Positions 1 to 10,629 of a DNA stretch of 64,000 nucleotides are shown here, in pieces. Both the position numbers and the translations under genes were made by a program. This stretch comes from Candidatus Heimdallarchaeota archaeon (lineage in GTDB: Archaea > Asgardarchaeota > Heimdallarchaeia > Heimdallarchaeales > Heimdallarchaeaceae), in NCBI GenBank assembly GCA_030603365.1, contig JAUVXV010000001.1, positions 288,001 to 352,000 on the forward strand. Direction: 5' to 3'. The number at the start of each line of letters is the position of its first letter. Position 1 is the stretch's first letter. The notes beneath the pieces are model-generated. The model was given only the letters and a program-made list of their open reading frames with translations. It made no database searches and was not told the origin of the DNA.

Positions 1-13
1 TAGGCATATTGCA

Positions 14-1666
14 TCACTCTGTTGCGGGAATTTTATCTAAATTTAGTAATTTAAAATTCTTAGGTCTAAAGAATAAATACATTAAGATTCCCACTGCAAT
101 AAGTACAGCAGCAATAAAGAATACAACTATCGTAGCGTATGAATCACGCTCTATAGCTGATCCTAAATAGATAAAGAAATATGATATTGGTTTAAAGACA
201 AAGAATGTGAGAACTCCTAAACCAGATAGGAACAATGATGAAATGCCTATGATGCTGGATCTCTTTCTTTTATGCAATCTTACAATTTTACCTATGAATA
301 AGTAACAAATAATCCCCAATGAGATTAGGAAAATTATTGTGTAAGCCATTATGACTTTTATATTTGATGAAGTTAAATCAGCTTTGTCTACTGCCAAAGC
401 ATCTGTTATAGGACCTGTGATGATGGTCCCACCCATACCCCACGATAAATAAAACGTGGCGTTGTAGTAACCCATCATTTTACCTCTATCTTTTAATGGA
501 ACTACGCGGTTTACCATAGAATATGCAGTTGTCTGGATCCACACTCTGGATGTTCCCTTTAATGCCATATAAGCAAAGAAAATTATGATATGTGGAGCAA
601 ATGGTAAAGCTATAGTTCCAACAAAAGCAAACAAAAACCCTATGAGCAACATTTTTGAATCGCCAAATCGAGTTGTCAAGAACCCTATAACCAAACCTGC
701 GATAATCATTGCTATACTGCTTGTATTTCTTAATTGTGCAACAACTATATCTGAAGCATTGAACGTGGTTGGAAGTCTTACATAGATTTGTATCATTTGA
801 TTTATGCTATTCCCACCGATGTTTACAATCGCTAGAACAATAAGAAACCAAATGAAAAGCTTCGTAGGCCAATCTGTTTTACCTTTTTTGCTTTCTTTAT
901 GTATATTTCTTAGTTCATTTTTGTTCTCCTTTTCATCTATTTCCGTAAAGTAATCATCATCTAAATCAACATAAGATTCAGGTATCAGGAAGAGAGCAAA
1001 CATGCTGAAAATCATTAACCCTGAAGAAATATAAAACAAATCTCCCAACCAAAAACCAAAACCATCCTGGTATAAGAACCCACTAGCTGTGACACCAATA
1101 ATATTTCCAATACCTCCAACAAATTGCAAAAGACCCATTGTTCTACTTCGTTCTGAATCTCTTGTTAAATCAGCAATTAATGCTGTCCATCCAAGATTAC
1201 TACTGCTCCATCCTGCTTCTATGATTGTAAAACCAAATATTATAACATAGGCAGATACTCGCAAAATACTAGGTATTAACTCATTATCAAATGTAATTAT
1301 GTACTGTGCTAAATTTGTTAGATCTGTTTGAGAAAAAAGGACTTCACTGATATGACCAACACCAACATTCCCCTTATTGATGTTATTATGGATCCAAAAT
1401 ACGATTAGATAACCTATTGCTGCAAAAATCTCCCCAAATACAATTAACAATCTTCTCTTTTTGAATTTATCAGAAATTCTCCCCCATATTGTGGACTGTG
1501 CAACAATATTAGCCACCATTGGCAATGTCGCAAACAATGTCATTTCCGTGTATGAAACTCCTAAAAATTCCCAAAGATATATACTTAGAAAGAAATAAAA
1601 TATCCCTCTTCTGAGTTGAGCTAGAATTTGAAAAATCGACAAACTCGCAAAATGTTTCTTCTTCAT
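14..1666 (-). CDS. MFS transporter
   Basis: 12+ hydrophobic segments; MFS motif A-like WGRISDKFKKRR and GFLTTRFGD. Confidence 0.85.
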   Translation of the reverse strand: MKKKHFASLSIFQILAQLRRGIFYFFLSIYLWEFLGVSYTEMTLFATLPMVANIVAQSTIWGRISDKFKKRRLLIVFGEIFAAIGYLIVFWIHNNINKGNVGVGHISEVLFSQTDLTNLAQYIITFDNELIPSILRVSAYVIIFGFTIIEAGWSSSNLGWTALIADLTRDSERSRTMGLLQFVGGIGNIIGVTASGFLYQDGFGFWLGDLFYISSGLMIFSMFALFLIPESYVDLDDDYFTEIDEKENKNELRNIHKESKKGKTDWPTKLFIWFLIVLAIVNIGGNSINQMIQIYVRLPTTFNASDIVVAQLRNTSSIAMIIAGLVIGFLTTRFGDSKMLLIGFLFAFVGTIALPFAPHIIIFFAYMALKGTSRVWIQTTAYSMVNRVVPLKDRGKMMGYYNATFYLSWGMGGTIITGPITDALAVDKADLTSSNIKVIMAYTIIFLISLGIICYLFIGKIVRLHKRKRSSIIGISSLFLSGLGVLTFFVFKPISYFFIYLGSAIERDSYATIVVFFIAAVLIAVGILMYLFFRPKNFKLLNLDKIPATE

Positions 1667-1964
1667 CTTCTAAATCTCCATTCGTGATGGAACTATATTA
1701 TACTTTTAGAGTTCTGTTTCAAAAAAAATCGAAACGGAATATTAAGCTTATGATAGGTTCTCTTCTTCTTGTATTTATATTTAAGATAATTATGTATTAG
1801 TTTTCTGCTTATTAAAAAATCTTTTATAGTTTTCTGCTACAATACAGTTGAGGACAATGTTAGGTGAATATGAAACAATTATATAGCGGTTTTTTTAAGT
1901 CCCTACTGTTAAGTAGAAACGCTGTCCTCTTGAGAAATTTGAACAGATTTTTACAGGTGATTAT

Positions 1965-3893
1965 ATGGTTAAAATAGAACTACCAGATGGAAATATGTTG
2001 GAAGTATCAAAGAATAGTACTATTTTGAGTATAGCTCAACAAATAGGACCAAGGCTAGCTGAAGCAGCTGTTGCAGCTAAAATTGACGGCAATTTAGTTG
2101 ATTTATTTTATGAAGTTACAAAAAATAGTAAACTTGAGATACTTACAAACAAATCGGAAGAAGCTCTTGATATTCTAAATCATAGTGCAGCTCATATTAT
2201 GGCGGGTGCAGTTGTCGATTTATTCCCAGATGCTAGGCCAACTATCGGACCAAGTATTGAACCAGTAGGCTTCTATTACGATTTCTATGTGAAGAAACCA
2301 TTTACTCAAGAGGATTTAGAACAGATACAGAAAAGAGTTGACGAGGTAATTCAAGAAAATTCTGAGTTTAAAAGAGAAGAGTTGTCCCTGAAGGATGCTA
2401 TAAATTATTATCAAACTGAAGATAAGAACAAATTCAAAGTTGAGATTCTAGAGGAAACAGAAGTAGATGAAGTGTCATTCTATTCTCATGGAAAAGGGGC
2501 CTTTAAAGATCTTTGCAGAGGACCACACATTCCTTCAACTGGACGAATTAAAGGAATAAAGATTCTAAATGCTTCCTCAGCTTTTTGGAGAGGAGATGCT
2601 CAAAGAGAGTCCTTGCAACGAGTTTATGGTGTGGCTTTCTTCAACCCGAAACAGCTAAGAAAGCATCTTCATATGCTTGAAGAAGCCAAGAAAAGAGATC
2701 ATAGAATTCTCGGATCTCAACTTGATCTATTTGGTACCGCTGATGAATGGGGACCAGGAATGCCATTGATTTATCCAAAAGGTACAATTATTCTTGAGAT
2801 TTTGAAAGCCTTCTGGATTAAAGAACATAGAAAAGCTGGATATGAAATTGTTCAAACCCCCCATATTTTCAAGGAATTAGTCTGGCAAACCAGCGGTCAT
2901 ATTGAATATTTCCTGGAAAATATGTTCCCAGTTGATCTCAAAGGAGAAAAGTGGTTTATTAAACCGATGAACTGTCCGGGTCACATGATGATTTACAATA
3001 GAAAAGCTTACTCATATCGCGAACTACCCGTTCGATTGGGAGAGATGGGTACAGTTTATCGTTATGAATTGTCTGGGGCTTTGCATGGTCTTTTTAGGGT
3101 ACTAAGTATCACTCAAGATGATGCCCACATCTTCATGTTACCAGATCAACTTGAAGATGAGATAGTTAGAGTAATTGAAATGGTAGATCATTTCTACAAA
3201 GCTTTTGGTTTTGAAGAATGGGAGTATTTCGTTAGTACTAAACCAGAAAAAGCTATTGGCGATGATGCTGGATGGGATCATGCAACAGATGCATTAATGA
3301 AAGCTCTAGAAAGAGTTGATATTAAATACAAAGTCAAAGAGGGTGATGGTGCGTTCTATGGCCCCAAAATAGACGTAGACGTTAAGGATGCTATTGGCAG
3401 ACGATGGCAATTGGCAACTATCCAGGTTGATTTCAATCTTCCAGATAGATTCGATATCAATTATCTCGGAGAAGATGGACAAAAACATCGTCCATTCGTT
3501 ATTCATCGAGTTATTTACGGTTGTATGGAGAGATTCTTAGCAATAATTGTAGAGAATTATGCAGGAAAGATGCCTATATGGTTAAGTCCTGTTCAAACAG
3601 TCGTGATTCCAATAACTGATTCTCATGCAGAATATGCCAAGAAAGTGGCTGATGAACTTGTTGAAGCTGGTATCAGAGCTGAAGCAGATTTTAGTGGTGA
3701 AAGAATGGAGTACAAAATACGACATGCTACTATGCAGAAAGTTCCATATATCATCAATGTTGGTGATAAGGAAATAGAAGCGGAAACCATTGCTGTTAGA
3801 AATGTTAGATCTAAAGATAACAAAGTAGAATTTGGTGTGAAGATACCAGATTTTATAGATAAAGTTCTTCAACAAAACAAAAACTATGAATGA
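1965..3893 (+). CDS. thrS: Threonine--tRNA ligase, bacterial/eukaryote-type architecture (TGS + N2 editing + class II core + anticodon domain)
   Basis: HSAAH and DLCRGPH editing motifs, KPMNCPGH, YRYELSG, GAFYGPKID, HRVIYG; ggtga RBS. Confidence 0.97.
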   Translation: MVKIELPDGNMLEVSKNSTILSIAQQIGPRLAEAAVAAKIDGNLVDLFYEVTKNSKLEILTNKSEEALDILNHSAAHIMAGAVVDLFPDARPTIGPSIEPVGFYYDFYVKKPFTQEDLEQIQKRVDEVIQENSEFKREELSLKDAINYYQTEDKNKFKVEILEETEVDEVSFYSHGKGAFKDLCRGPHIPSTGRIKGIKILNASSAFWRGDAQRESLQRVYGVAFFNPKQLRKHLHMLEEAKKRDHRILGSQLDLFGTADEWGPGMPLIYPKGTIILEILKAFWIKEHRKAGYEIVQTPHIFKELVWQTSGHIEYFLENMFPVDLKGEKWFIKPMNCPGHMMIYNRKAYSYRELPVRLGEMGTVYRYELSGALHGLFRVLSITQDDAHIFMLPDQLEDEIVRVIEMVDHFYKAFGFEEWEYFVSTKPEKAIGDDAGWDHATDALMKALERVDIKYKVKEGDGAFYGPKIDVDVKDAIGRRWQLATIQVDFNLPDRFDINYLGEDGQKHRPFVIHRVIYGCMERFLAIIVENYAGKMPIWLSPVQTVVIPITDSHAEYAKKVADELVEAGIRAEADFSGERMEYKIRHATMQKVPYIINVGDKEIEAETIAVRNVRSKDNKVEFGVKIPDFIDKVLQQNKNYE

Positions 3894-3952
3894 TAATATT
3901 ATCATTCTATCTTCTTTTTAAAACAAAAAATAAATAAGAATAGAAATGGATA

Positions 3953-4636
3953 TTAATTTCCATTTTGTAATTTAGCCAATTCTTCTTCGATGTGGTCTAT
4001 TTTTATTCCTAAGGTATCCATTAATTGGAAGCACCAACCCAACCATACATTAACAAACCCCATAGCTCCAGCATCAACAACACCTGCTTCTTTCAAAACT
4101 GGTAAAAGATTTGGAGTGTTTTCAAGAGATTTAACGGCTGTTTTATAAGTTTCAGTAATCATCTCAGTCCAATCGCCACCATTGGAAACAATTGCTTTAG
4201 CTTTATCTGCTGTATCTTTTATAACTGTGAGTATGGTTCCTTCTGTTGGGTGAAGCACAGCATCGTAAGACCATTCAGAACCTGCTTCAAGTGCTTTTGC
4301 AAATTCTTCAATTCCTACTTCATCATGCTCTTCAATCTCAGCACTGAAACCTTGGAAAAATTGGGAAATAATGACACCTGAATTACCTTTAGCACCAAGA
4401 AAACTACCTTTAGTTATTAGTTGTGCAGCTTCTTGAATAGTAGAAGGATCTATCTCATTAAATTGTTCAACAACAGTTCTTATTGTTAAAAATAAATTTA
4501 CACCAGTATCTCCATCTGGTATTGGAAAAACGTTAATTGCGTTTAACTCTTCTTTAGTTTGCTCTAGATTATGAGCAGCTGTAATCATCATTTTTTTAAG
4601 AGTGATCCCATCAATTTTTGAGTTAGGTACCATCAT
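3953..4636 (-). CDS. Stand-alone DAK2/DhaL-domain protein resembling the N-terminal domain of fatty acid kinase FakA/YloV
   Basis: INVFPIPDGDTGVNL, GAKGNSGVIISQFF, PTEGTILTV, VVDAGA. Confidence 0.88.
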   Translation of the reverse strand: MMVPNSKIDGITLKKMMITAAHNLEQTKEELNAINVFPIPDGDTGVNLFLTIRTVVEQFNEIDPSTIQEAAQLITKGSFLGAKGNSGVIISQFFQGFSAEIEEHDEVGIEEFAKALEAGSEWSYDAVLHPTEGTILTVIKDTADKAKAIVSNGGDWTEMITETYKTAVKSLENTPNLLPVLKEAGVVDAGAMGFVNVWLGWCFQLMDTLGIKIDHIEEELAKLQNGN

Positions 4637-4881
4637 TTCTTTGCCCCACGTTCTAAGATAAAGTATCCTGTCGCAGTACTATTTTACTGCATGAAGTATT
4701 TAATACTTCCGTACTTTTATGAACATAAAATATTGCAAATTAGAATTGCATTTACGCTCTTGTGTAATTGCCAAAGAACCTTTTAAAAACCTATCCATTA
4801 GGCAATATTATATGCCAAGAGAACATTAAATTCTCGAGAAATAAGCGAAATTAAGAAAAAGAGAATGAGAAAAAAAATCAC

Positions 4882-7812
4882 CTAATCTAAGAGTAAAGCT
4901 GGTCTCATTGGACGAGCTTTTTGTGCTTTGTTCTTAGGGTCATAAATTTCTTTATCAGACGCAATATGTACTAAAACTTCTGCATCAACAAAGGATCTGC
5001 TAATGAACTCTCTATAACCTTCTATAGCTTTTTTCTGGTTTTCCGCGGATAACATCTCAATTCTGAAAATTGATGGGTCTCTTAACATCTGTTTTGCTTC
5101 ATCAGCAATTTCCTTCATATATTTACTCAAGATTTTGCTTTCTTTTGCAGCACTCATTATCTTGCCAATTTTAACCGCTTCATTTTCAAAAATCTCTTGT
5201 GCTACTCTGTATAATTCATTCTTCCAATCTGCATTAATGTAAATATGAATCTTCTTAGGTGTTGTTTTAACAAGTTTAACTATTTCTTCAATATCCTCAA
5301 GAAGATTGCTGATGAATTTAGCTTGAAGAGAGTTTGATTTATCCTGTTCAGTAATTTTGATTTCAGGAAATTGTTTTAGAGAGACATATCCTTGGTTATT
5401 CATTCTTTCATGCAATTCCTCTGATATGTGTGGAATTACTGGAGCCATTATGACTATAATCTGTTCAATTACTTCTCTTAATATGGTCTCTCTCTCTTCT
5501 CTTTGCAGATGTTCAGCAATTTTATGATATTCATCTATAGCTCTAATATTGCTGTAAAATCCTTCTAATACATAATCTCGGATATTAGAGTCTTCTATTG
5601 CTTTCAAAGCTTTTTTTAAGTTTGTTTTAACAGAAGATAAGAAAATTCTTGAAGGAAAAGCTGGAGTTAAATTCTCAGTTTTTACAGTATCTACACTTCT
5701 ATTAGCATATTCCCAGAATTTTCTTAATCTTTGTAGAGCAAAATTAACTTCTGTTTCCCTCCAATCAACCACAGTATCTGCTGTAGCTATTGAAGCTAAA
5801 TGCAATCTTGTTAAATCAACACTATATTTTTCTGGAATTTGAGCAATAGGTATAACATTTCTTTTGCTTTTACCCATTTTTTGTCCTTCACGAATTAACA
5901 TTTCATTCAATGAAAATGCTGGTAACCAATATTTCTCAGGAAAGATGGCAACATGATGGAAGATTGCAAATGACAAGTGGTTTGAGATATGTGCTACTGC
6001 AGTGTGTCGCAAATCATTTGGATAATAGTACTCAAAAGATTCTTTCATCTCTTTGATAATTTCCACTGAAAGACTAGTTTGATCACTGACTTCCTTCATT
6101 TTTCCTTTGTTCAAGAAGATATAATCAAATAATTCTGGTTTCAACTGATTAGGTTGAATATTATTTTCTTTAATAGACCTAATGATGGTATAAAATGCCA
6201 TGTAAATAACAGAATCACTTAATGATTCTATTATCCATCCCTCTCCTTTGGTCATTGGGAACTCTGTTCCTAATCCTCTCTTTCTAACGCAAGGTCGTTT
6301 ATCTAACCAGTTAAATGTACTTTCAAAGGTTTGTCTATATTTGTCAGGAGTGATTGTCATCTTATTTAATGCTTTAAAGGCTGTTTCTTTCCATTTTTCA
6401 TCCCCATAATTAAGGAAATATTGATCTTGCAATACGGCAACTATTATCTGAGCCCCACATCTACAAAGTGCTTTTTTAGAAGTTTCAAAAACAGCAGTTG
6501 CTAAATTATCCTCTTTTAGTTTACTTGTTACTGCATCTTTAGCCTGTTCTACTTCTAATCCTTTGAATTTTCCAGTGATTTCTTTCATAATTCCAGAATA
6601 GAATTCATCCTTATAGATGGTCTGTGTTGCTTTTTCTAACTTCTGTTTATCTTCTTGGCTTTTTACATCTAACATTTTACATAATTCAACAGCTGGAAAA
6701 TCACCATAACCTTTTACAGAAATTAATGATATTGGTTTGATACGACTTAGACGTTCTTGATTCAAGTTATATTCTTCAATAGTTGCATCATCATTTTGCA
6801 AATCTATCAAGGCTGCATAATCATATGGCGCATGTGCAGGAACGCTATATACAACACCTGTTGCATGATCAGTATCTACAAAGGTTGCTGGATAGATAGG
6901 GATTTTTTCTTCAGTTATAGGAACTGTTACTTCTTCATTCACAACTTCTTTGCCTTTTATTTCACGGATAATGCTAATATTATGTTCTTGCTCTCTTAAT
7001 TTCTCAGCAGCTTCTCTAGAAACGATCCAGTTCTCACCATCAATTTCAATTTCATTATAATCTGCATCTGGATGAATCCAAACATTTGTTGCTCCGTATA
7101 TGGTTTCAGGACGCAATGTTGCAGCAACTAAAAAGGTTCCATTACTTAATTTGAATTTAATTCCAACAAATTCACTAACTTCAACTTTGAGTAAATCCCC
7201 ATCTTGAATGTCATCCTCACCAACAGCATTCTTATCATTAATACACCATAAGATAGGATAGCTCCCCTTTGTTATCAGATTCTTCTCATTGAGTATTTTA
7301 TATTGCCATTCGATAAATTTGTTATATTCCTTGTCTCCTGTAGTAAATTGACGAGTATCATCTAATGAGAACCCCATACCCAGAAAGTCTTGAATAATGG
7401 CATTAGCAAAGAAATTAGCAACATTTTTTTGATCCTTAAAGGATGCAACAATCTCTTTTGCGATAACTGGATCTTTTTCGTAAATAGAAACATAATCTAT
7501 GTAGGTTTCCCACACTTCCTTATCTTTGCTTTTAATTTGAAATGCAACTGCTTGAACTGGAGTTCCAGTTATGTGAAAAGCCATAGGCCAAAACACATTG
7601 TAACCACTTTGTCTTTTATATCTTGCGAAAATATCTCCAATATTATATGTTCTACAGTGTCCTATATGTAAAGGTCCTGAAGCATATGGATAAGGTACTG
7701 TTATGAACCATTTGGGGTATGGACTATCTATTTTGTTTACAAATACCTGATCTTCTTGCCATTTTTTCTGCCATTTTTTTTCTATTTCTCGTATGTCATC
7801 TAGAAAGGTCAT
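4882..7812 (-). CDS. leuS: Leucine--tRNA ligase, archaeal/eukaryote type
   Basis: PYPYASGPLHIGH, ATLRPET, TGVVYSVPAHAPYD, IESLSDS, KMGKS (KMSKS variant). Confidence 0.96.
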   Translation of the reverse strand: MTFLDDIREIEKKWQKKWQEDQVFVNKIDSPYPKWFITVPYPYASGPLHIGHCRTYNIGDIFARYKRQSGYNVFWPMAFHITGTPVQAVAFQIKSKDKEVWETYIDYVSIYEKDPVIAKEIVASFKDQKNVANFFANAIIQDFLGMGFSLDDTRQFTTGDKEYNKFIEWQYKILNEKNLITKGSYPILWCINDKNAVGEDDIQDGDLLKVEVSEFVGIKFKLSNGTFLVAATLRPETIYGATNVWIHPDADYNEIEIDGENWIVSREAAEKLREQEHNISIIREIKGKEVVNEEVTVPITEEKIPIYPATFVDTDHATGVVYSVPAHAPYDYAALIDLQNDDATIEEYNLNQERLSRIKPISLISVKGYGDFPAVELCKMLDVKSQEDKQKLEKATQTIYKDEFYSGIMKEITGKFKGLEVEQAKDAVTSKLKEDNLATAVFETSKKALCRCGAQIIVAVLQDQYFLNYGDEKWKETAFKALNKMTITPDKYRQTFESTFNWLDKRPCVRKRGLGTEFPMTKGEGWIIESLSDSVIYMAFYTIIRSIKENNIQPNQLKPELFDYIFLNKGKMKEVSDQTSLSVEIIKEMKESFEYYYPNDLRHTAVAHISNHLSFAIFHHVAIFPEKYWLPAFSLNEMLIREGQKMGKSKRNVIPIAQIPEKYSVDLTRLHLASIATADTVVDWRETEVNFALQRLRKFWEYANRSVDTVKTENLTPAFPSRIFLSSVKTNLKKALKAIEDSNIRDYVLEGFYSNIRAIDEYHKIAEHLQREERETILREVIEQIIVIMAPVIPHISEELHERMNNQGYVSLKQFPEIKITEQDKSNSLQAKFISNLLEDIEEIVKLVKTTPKKIHIYINADWKNELYRVAQEIFENEAVKIGKIMSAAKESKILSKYMKEIADEAKQMLRDPSIFRIEMLSAENQKKAIEGYREFISRSFVDAEVLVHIASDKEIYDPKNKAQKARPMRPALLLD

Positions 7813-7957
7813 CCGGAATCCTCCTTAACTTCTGTCAATTTTCATATTTATGAAACAGGAGACTTAGTCTTTTGCTGGTGACACAGATAACAGATTAAAA
7901 GAGTTATCTTTGAGCTTATGAAATACAGTAAGAATGGATAATAATCTACTTCAATAG

Positions 7958-9067
7958 TTATTCAAATGGTTTTGAAACTCTTGGTTTGAAAGCAAAATAC
8001 TTCTCAACTAATGCAGAAATGTTTTCTTCTTTTAGATCATGTGTTAAATTAGTAAGTAACTTCTTAATAGCTTGTCTTAGATAAGCTGTTGAAATTTTAC
8101 TGCTGAGAAAACATACAAAGTTCCCTTGAGTCTCAATCATAAGACAATTATCACCTAAATCAATTTCTTTAGGATAAACATCTTTCCCTACAAGTTCTCC
8201 TGCAAACTCAGAGAAAGCTGCAATTACACCTAATACACTGTGACCTCTAAGAGTAACGGCTTTTTTTGCAGAAGCTGAGTATATTGATGTACCATCTTTA
8301 TCAAAAATATATATTACATGAACTTCTGTAGAATAGTAAAATGCTTCAATTCCCCCCAAGTAAATTGAAATACCAATAATCAAAGCTCCAGCAGCTACTG
8401 CAATATATTCAAAGTGTAAAAGCATTACTACATCAGTAATTGCATACAAGATTTTTCGTATTGCAAAAATTAATGCACTAACAAAATAAGCAATAATTAC
8501 TCCTACAATCATAATCTCTACTGTTCTTCGATATCTTTTTTCTGCAAAATTATGTTGTTTTATCAAGTAAAATAAGAAAACAGAACCTGCAAATAATGCT
8601 AAACCTGCATCAAAGATTACCCAGATAATGCTCGTTTTTGCTATAGCAAAATAATAATTACCTGATTTTACTAACTGATGTACTACTTCATAATCGCTAG
8701 AAACAGTTAAACCAAATACTCCTCCGAAAAGGAAGAGTGTAATTGCTAATATGTACGGGTTATGGGCTCTTTTTTGACTTATGGTTCTCACAAATAAAAC
8801 CGTTGCCACCATACCTACCATACTTATTATCGTTGCAAATCTTGAGCAAAATAATGCTTTTGAAAGAGACAGCGTTTCCAATTGACTAGAAATAACTACA
8901 AGCATATTGCAGATTACCCATCCCATAATACAAACAATTATGCTAAGAAAATAATAAGAAGCTAGTGAAGATGTACGAAACTGTTTTCCTACAACCAGTA
9001 TTCCTCCTAGAACTAGAAAGAATAAAGAAGCAATACCTATACCATAGGAAATCCAGACCATATCCAA
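7958..9067 (-). CDS. Multi-pass (about 7 TM) membrane protein with C-terminal longin-like cytosolic domain
   Basis: About 240 aa of TM helices, then VHVIYIFDKDGTSIYS...IAAFSEFAGELVG...EIDLGDNCLMIE, a longin-like beta-beta-alpha-beta pattern. Confidence 0.6.
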   Translation of the reverse strand: MDMVWISYGIGIASLFFLVLGGILVVGKQFRTSSLASYYFLSIIVCIMGWVICNMLVVISSQLETLSLSKALFCSRFATIISMVGMVATVLFVRTISQKRAHNPYILAITLFLFGGVFGLTVSSDYEVVHQLVKSGNYYFAIAKTSIIWVIFDAGLALFAGSVFLFYLIKQHNFAEKRYRRTVEIMIVGVIIAYFVSALIFAIRKILYAITDVVMLLHFEYIAVAAGALIIGISIYLGGIEAFYYSTEVHVIYIFDKDGTSIYSASAKKAVTLRGHSVLGVIAAFSEFAGELVGKDVYPKEIDLGDNCLMIETQGNFVCFLSSKISTAYLRQAIKKLLTNLTHDLKEENISALVEKYFAFKPRVSKPFE

Positions 9068-9134
9068 AGATGAAACTAACTATTTTATATACTTTGTTCA
9101 GAAATGAAAAATAATATATTCTCTCTTTTCTTAT

Positions 9135-10478
9135 TTAAATGACGAAATATTCCTTATCTACTTCTCTATTTTTTAATCCTAATCTAGAAACCTTGAAAGA
9201 AATCCCACCATAAAGTTCTGCATGCTCTTTATTATTATACAGTGCTTCTGCAATTCGTCCAATGGCATCAGTTTTCATGATTCCGCTTCCTGAGCCAGCA
9301 GTAACTATTAACAATCCTTTAATTCCCTCAGGTTTGAAAACCACGGGATTTTTATCCATAGTATTCATCGCATAAAATCCTCCCCAACTGTTTGTTAGGG
9401 GAAGATCTTTTAGAACGGGTAAATATTCTGACATAATTAGATATCTATCAAATTCGTAATCTCTGGGATTTGCATCGGTATCATCTAAAGGATTATTCTC
9501 GTCCTTAATCTTGACAGGATCAGTAATAATGAAAGGTTTACCTGTAACTGACCCCCCTCCTATCCAAATACTATTGTTGTATTTTACTGTTTTTATATGT
9601 AAACCATATACTGGGAAGATAAAGAAAGGAGTAGTTTTCTCTTCATTAAAAAATTCATTTTCTAAGAATCCAGATAATTTGTCATGTTGAACTCTAAACA
9701 TATACTTCTTCAAAGGCATTACGTGGCAGTTAATACCTAATGGTAGGAGCAATTCATTTGCCCATGCACCAGTTGCAATAATGAATATCTTTGATTTGAT
9801 GGTATTCCCTTTATCTGTCAATACGGACCCAACTCTCTTCTTCTGCCATCCAACTGGTTCTCCTGGGATTCCTAATTTCTCCATTTCAGGTTCTAAAACT
9901 AATTCAGTTATTAATGTTGAATATAGAGTTTCTCCTCCCAGTTTCCTAAATTCATTTTCATAGAAATCCCTGGTAATTTTATCTGCATCAAGTTCTCCGC
10001 AATCGTAGCCTAGAATACCATAGTCTATATTTTTTAAACCAAGCATTTGAGCATCATCATTATCATCAAAATCTGTAACTAATTCAGGAATCTTTCGTTT
10101 TATATCATCTTTCTCAAGAATTTCTATTCTGATTTTGTTTTCAAGCATTGATTCAACAGCAGGTTTATTTCTCTCAAATTGCTGTCTATCCATTAACCAT
10201 AAGTAAGTAATATCCTTTAGAGACAAATCAATACCTAAATCATTTTGAATATGTCTGAAGAAATTTCTCGTTGTGCTACTTAATTGTAAATTAACTTCAG
10301 AAGAGAATGTATCTCTGAACATTGCTGCCGATTGTGATGTGTTTCCTGCTCCTGCTGATGCTGCTTTGTCTACTGCTAATACTTTAAGGTCTTCATTACT
10401 TCTCTTTATATGATATGCGGTTGCCATACCAAAAATGCCTGCACCAATTATAACTACATCATAGGTTGATTCGTTCAT
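9135..10478 (-). CDS. FAD-dependent oxidoreductase (DAO / sarcosine oxidase beta family)
   Basis: YDVVIIGAGIFG, AGNTSQSAA, IATGAWA, GSGSGIMK. Confidence 0.88.
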   Translation of the reverse strand: MNESTYDVVIIGAGIFGMATAYHIKRSNEDLKVLAVDKAASAGAGNTSQSAAMFRDTFSSEVNLQLSSTTRNFFRHIQNDLGIDLSLKDITYLWLMDRQQFERNKPAVESMLENKIRIEILEKDDIKRKIPELVTDFDDNDDAQMLGLKNIDYGILGYDCGELDADKITRDFYENEFRKLGGETLYSTLITELVLEPEMEKLGIPGEPVGWQKKRVGSVLTDKGNTIKSKIFIIATGAWANELLLPLGINCHVMPLKKYMFRVQHDKLSGFLENEFFNEEKTTPFFIFPVYGLHIKTVKYNNSIWIGGGSVTGKPFIITDPVKIKDENNPLDDTDANPRDYEFDRYLIMSEYLPVLKDLPLTNSWGGFYAMNTMDKNPVVFKPEGIKGLLIVTAGSGSGIMKTDAIGRIAEALYNNKEHAELYGGISFKVSRLGLKNREVDKEYFVI

Positions 10479-10629
10479 CGTTCTACCTCAAAAAATGAAA
10501 ATTTTTGAATTCCAAATATAAGAAAAAATTCCTCTTTAAAAATCTTATACCCTAGACAGTATTTGTAGTCATATCATTGTGTTTTTAAGGTCTGGCTATT
10601 ACGTCAGCTTAACTTAGGAGAAATTTATA

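Noticed and set aside
5864-5880. KMGKS instead of KMSKS in LeuRS as a sign of inactivation
   Set aside because: This variant occurs in functional class I synthetases, and all other motifs are intact.
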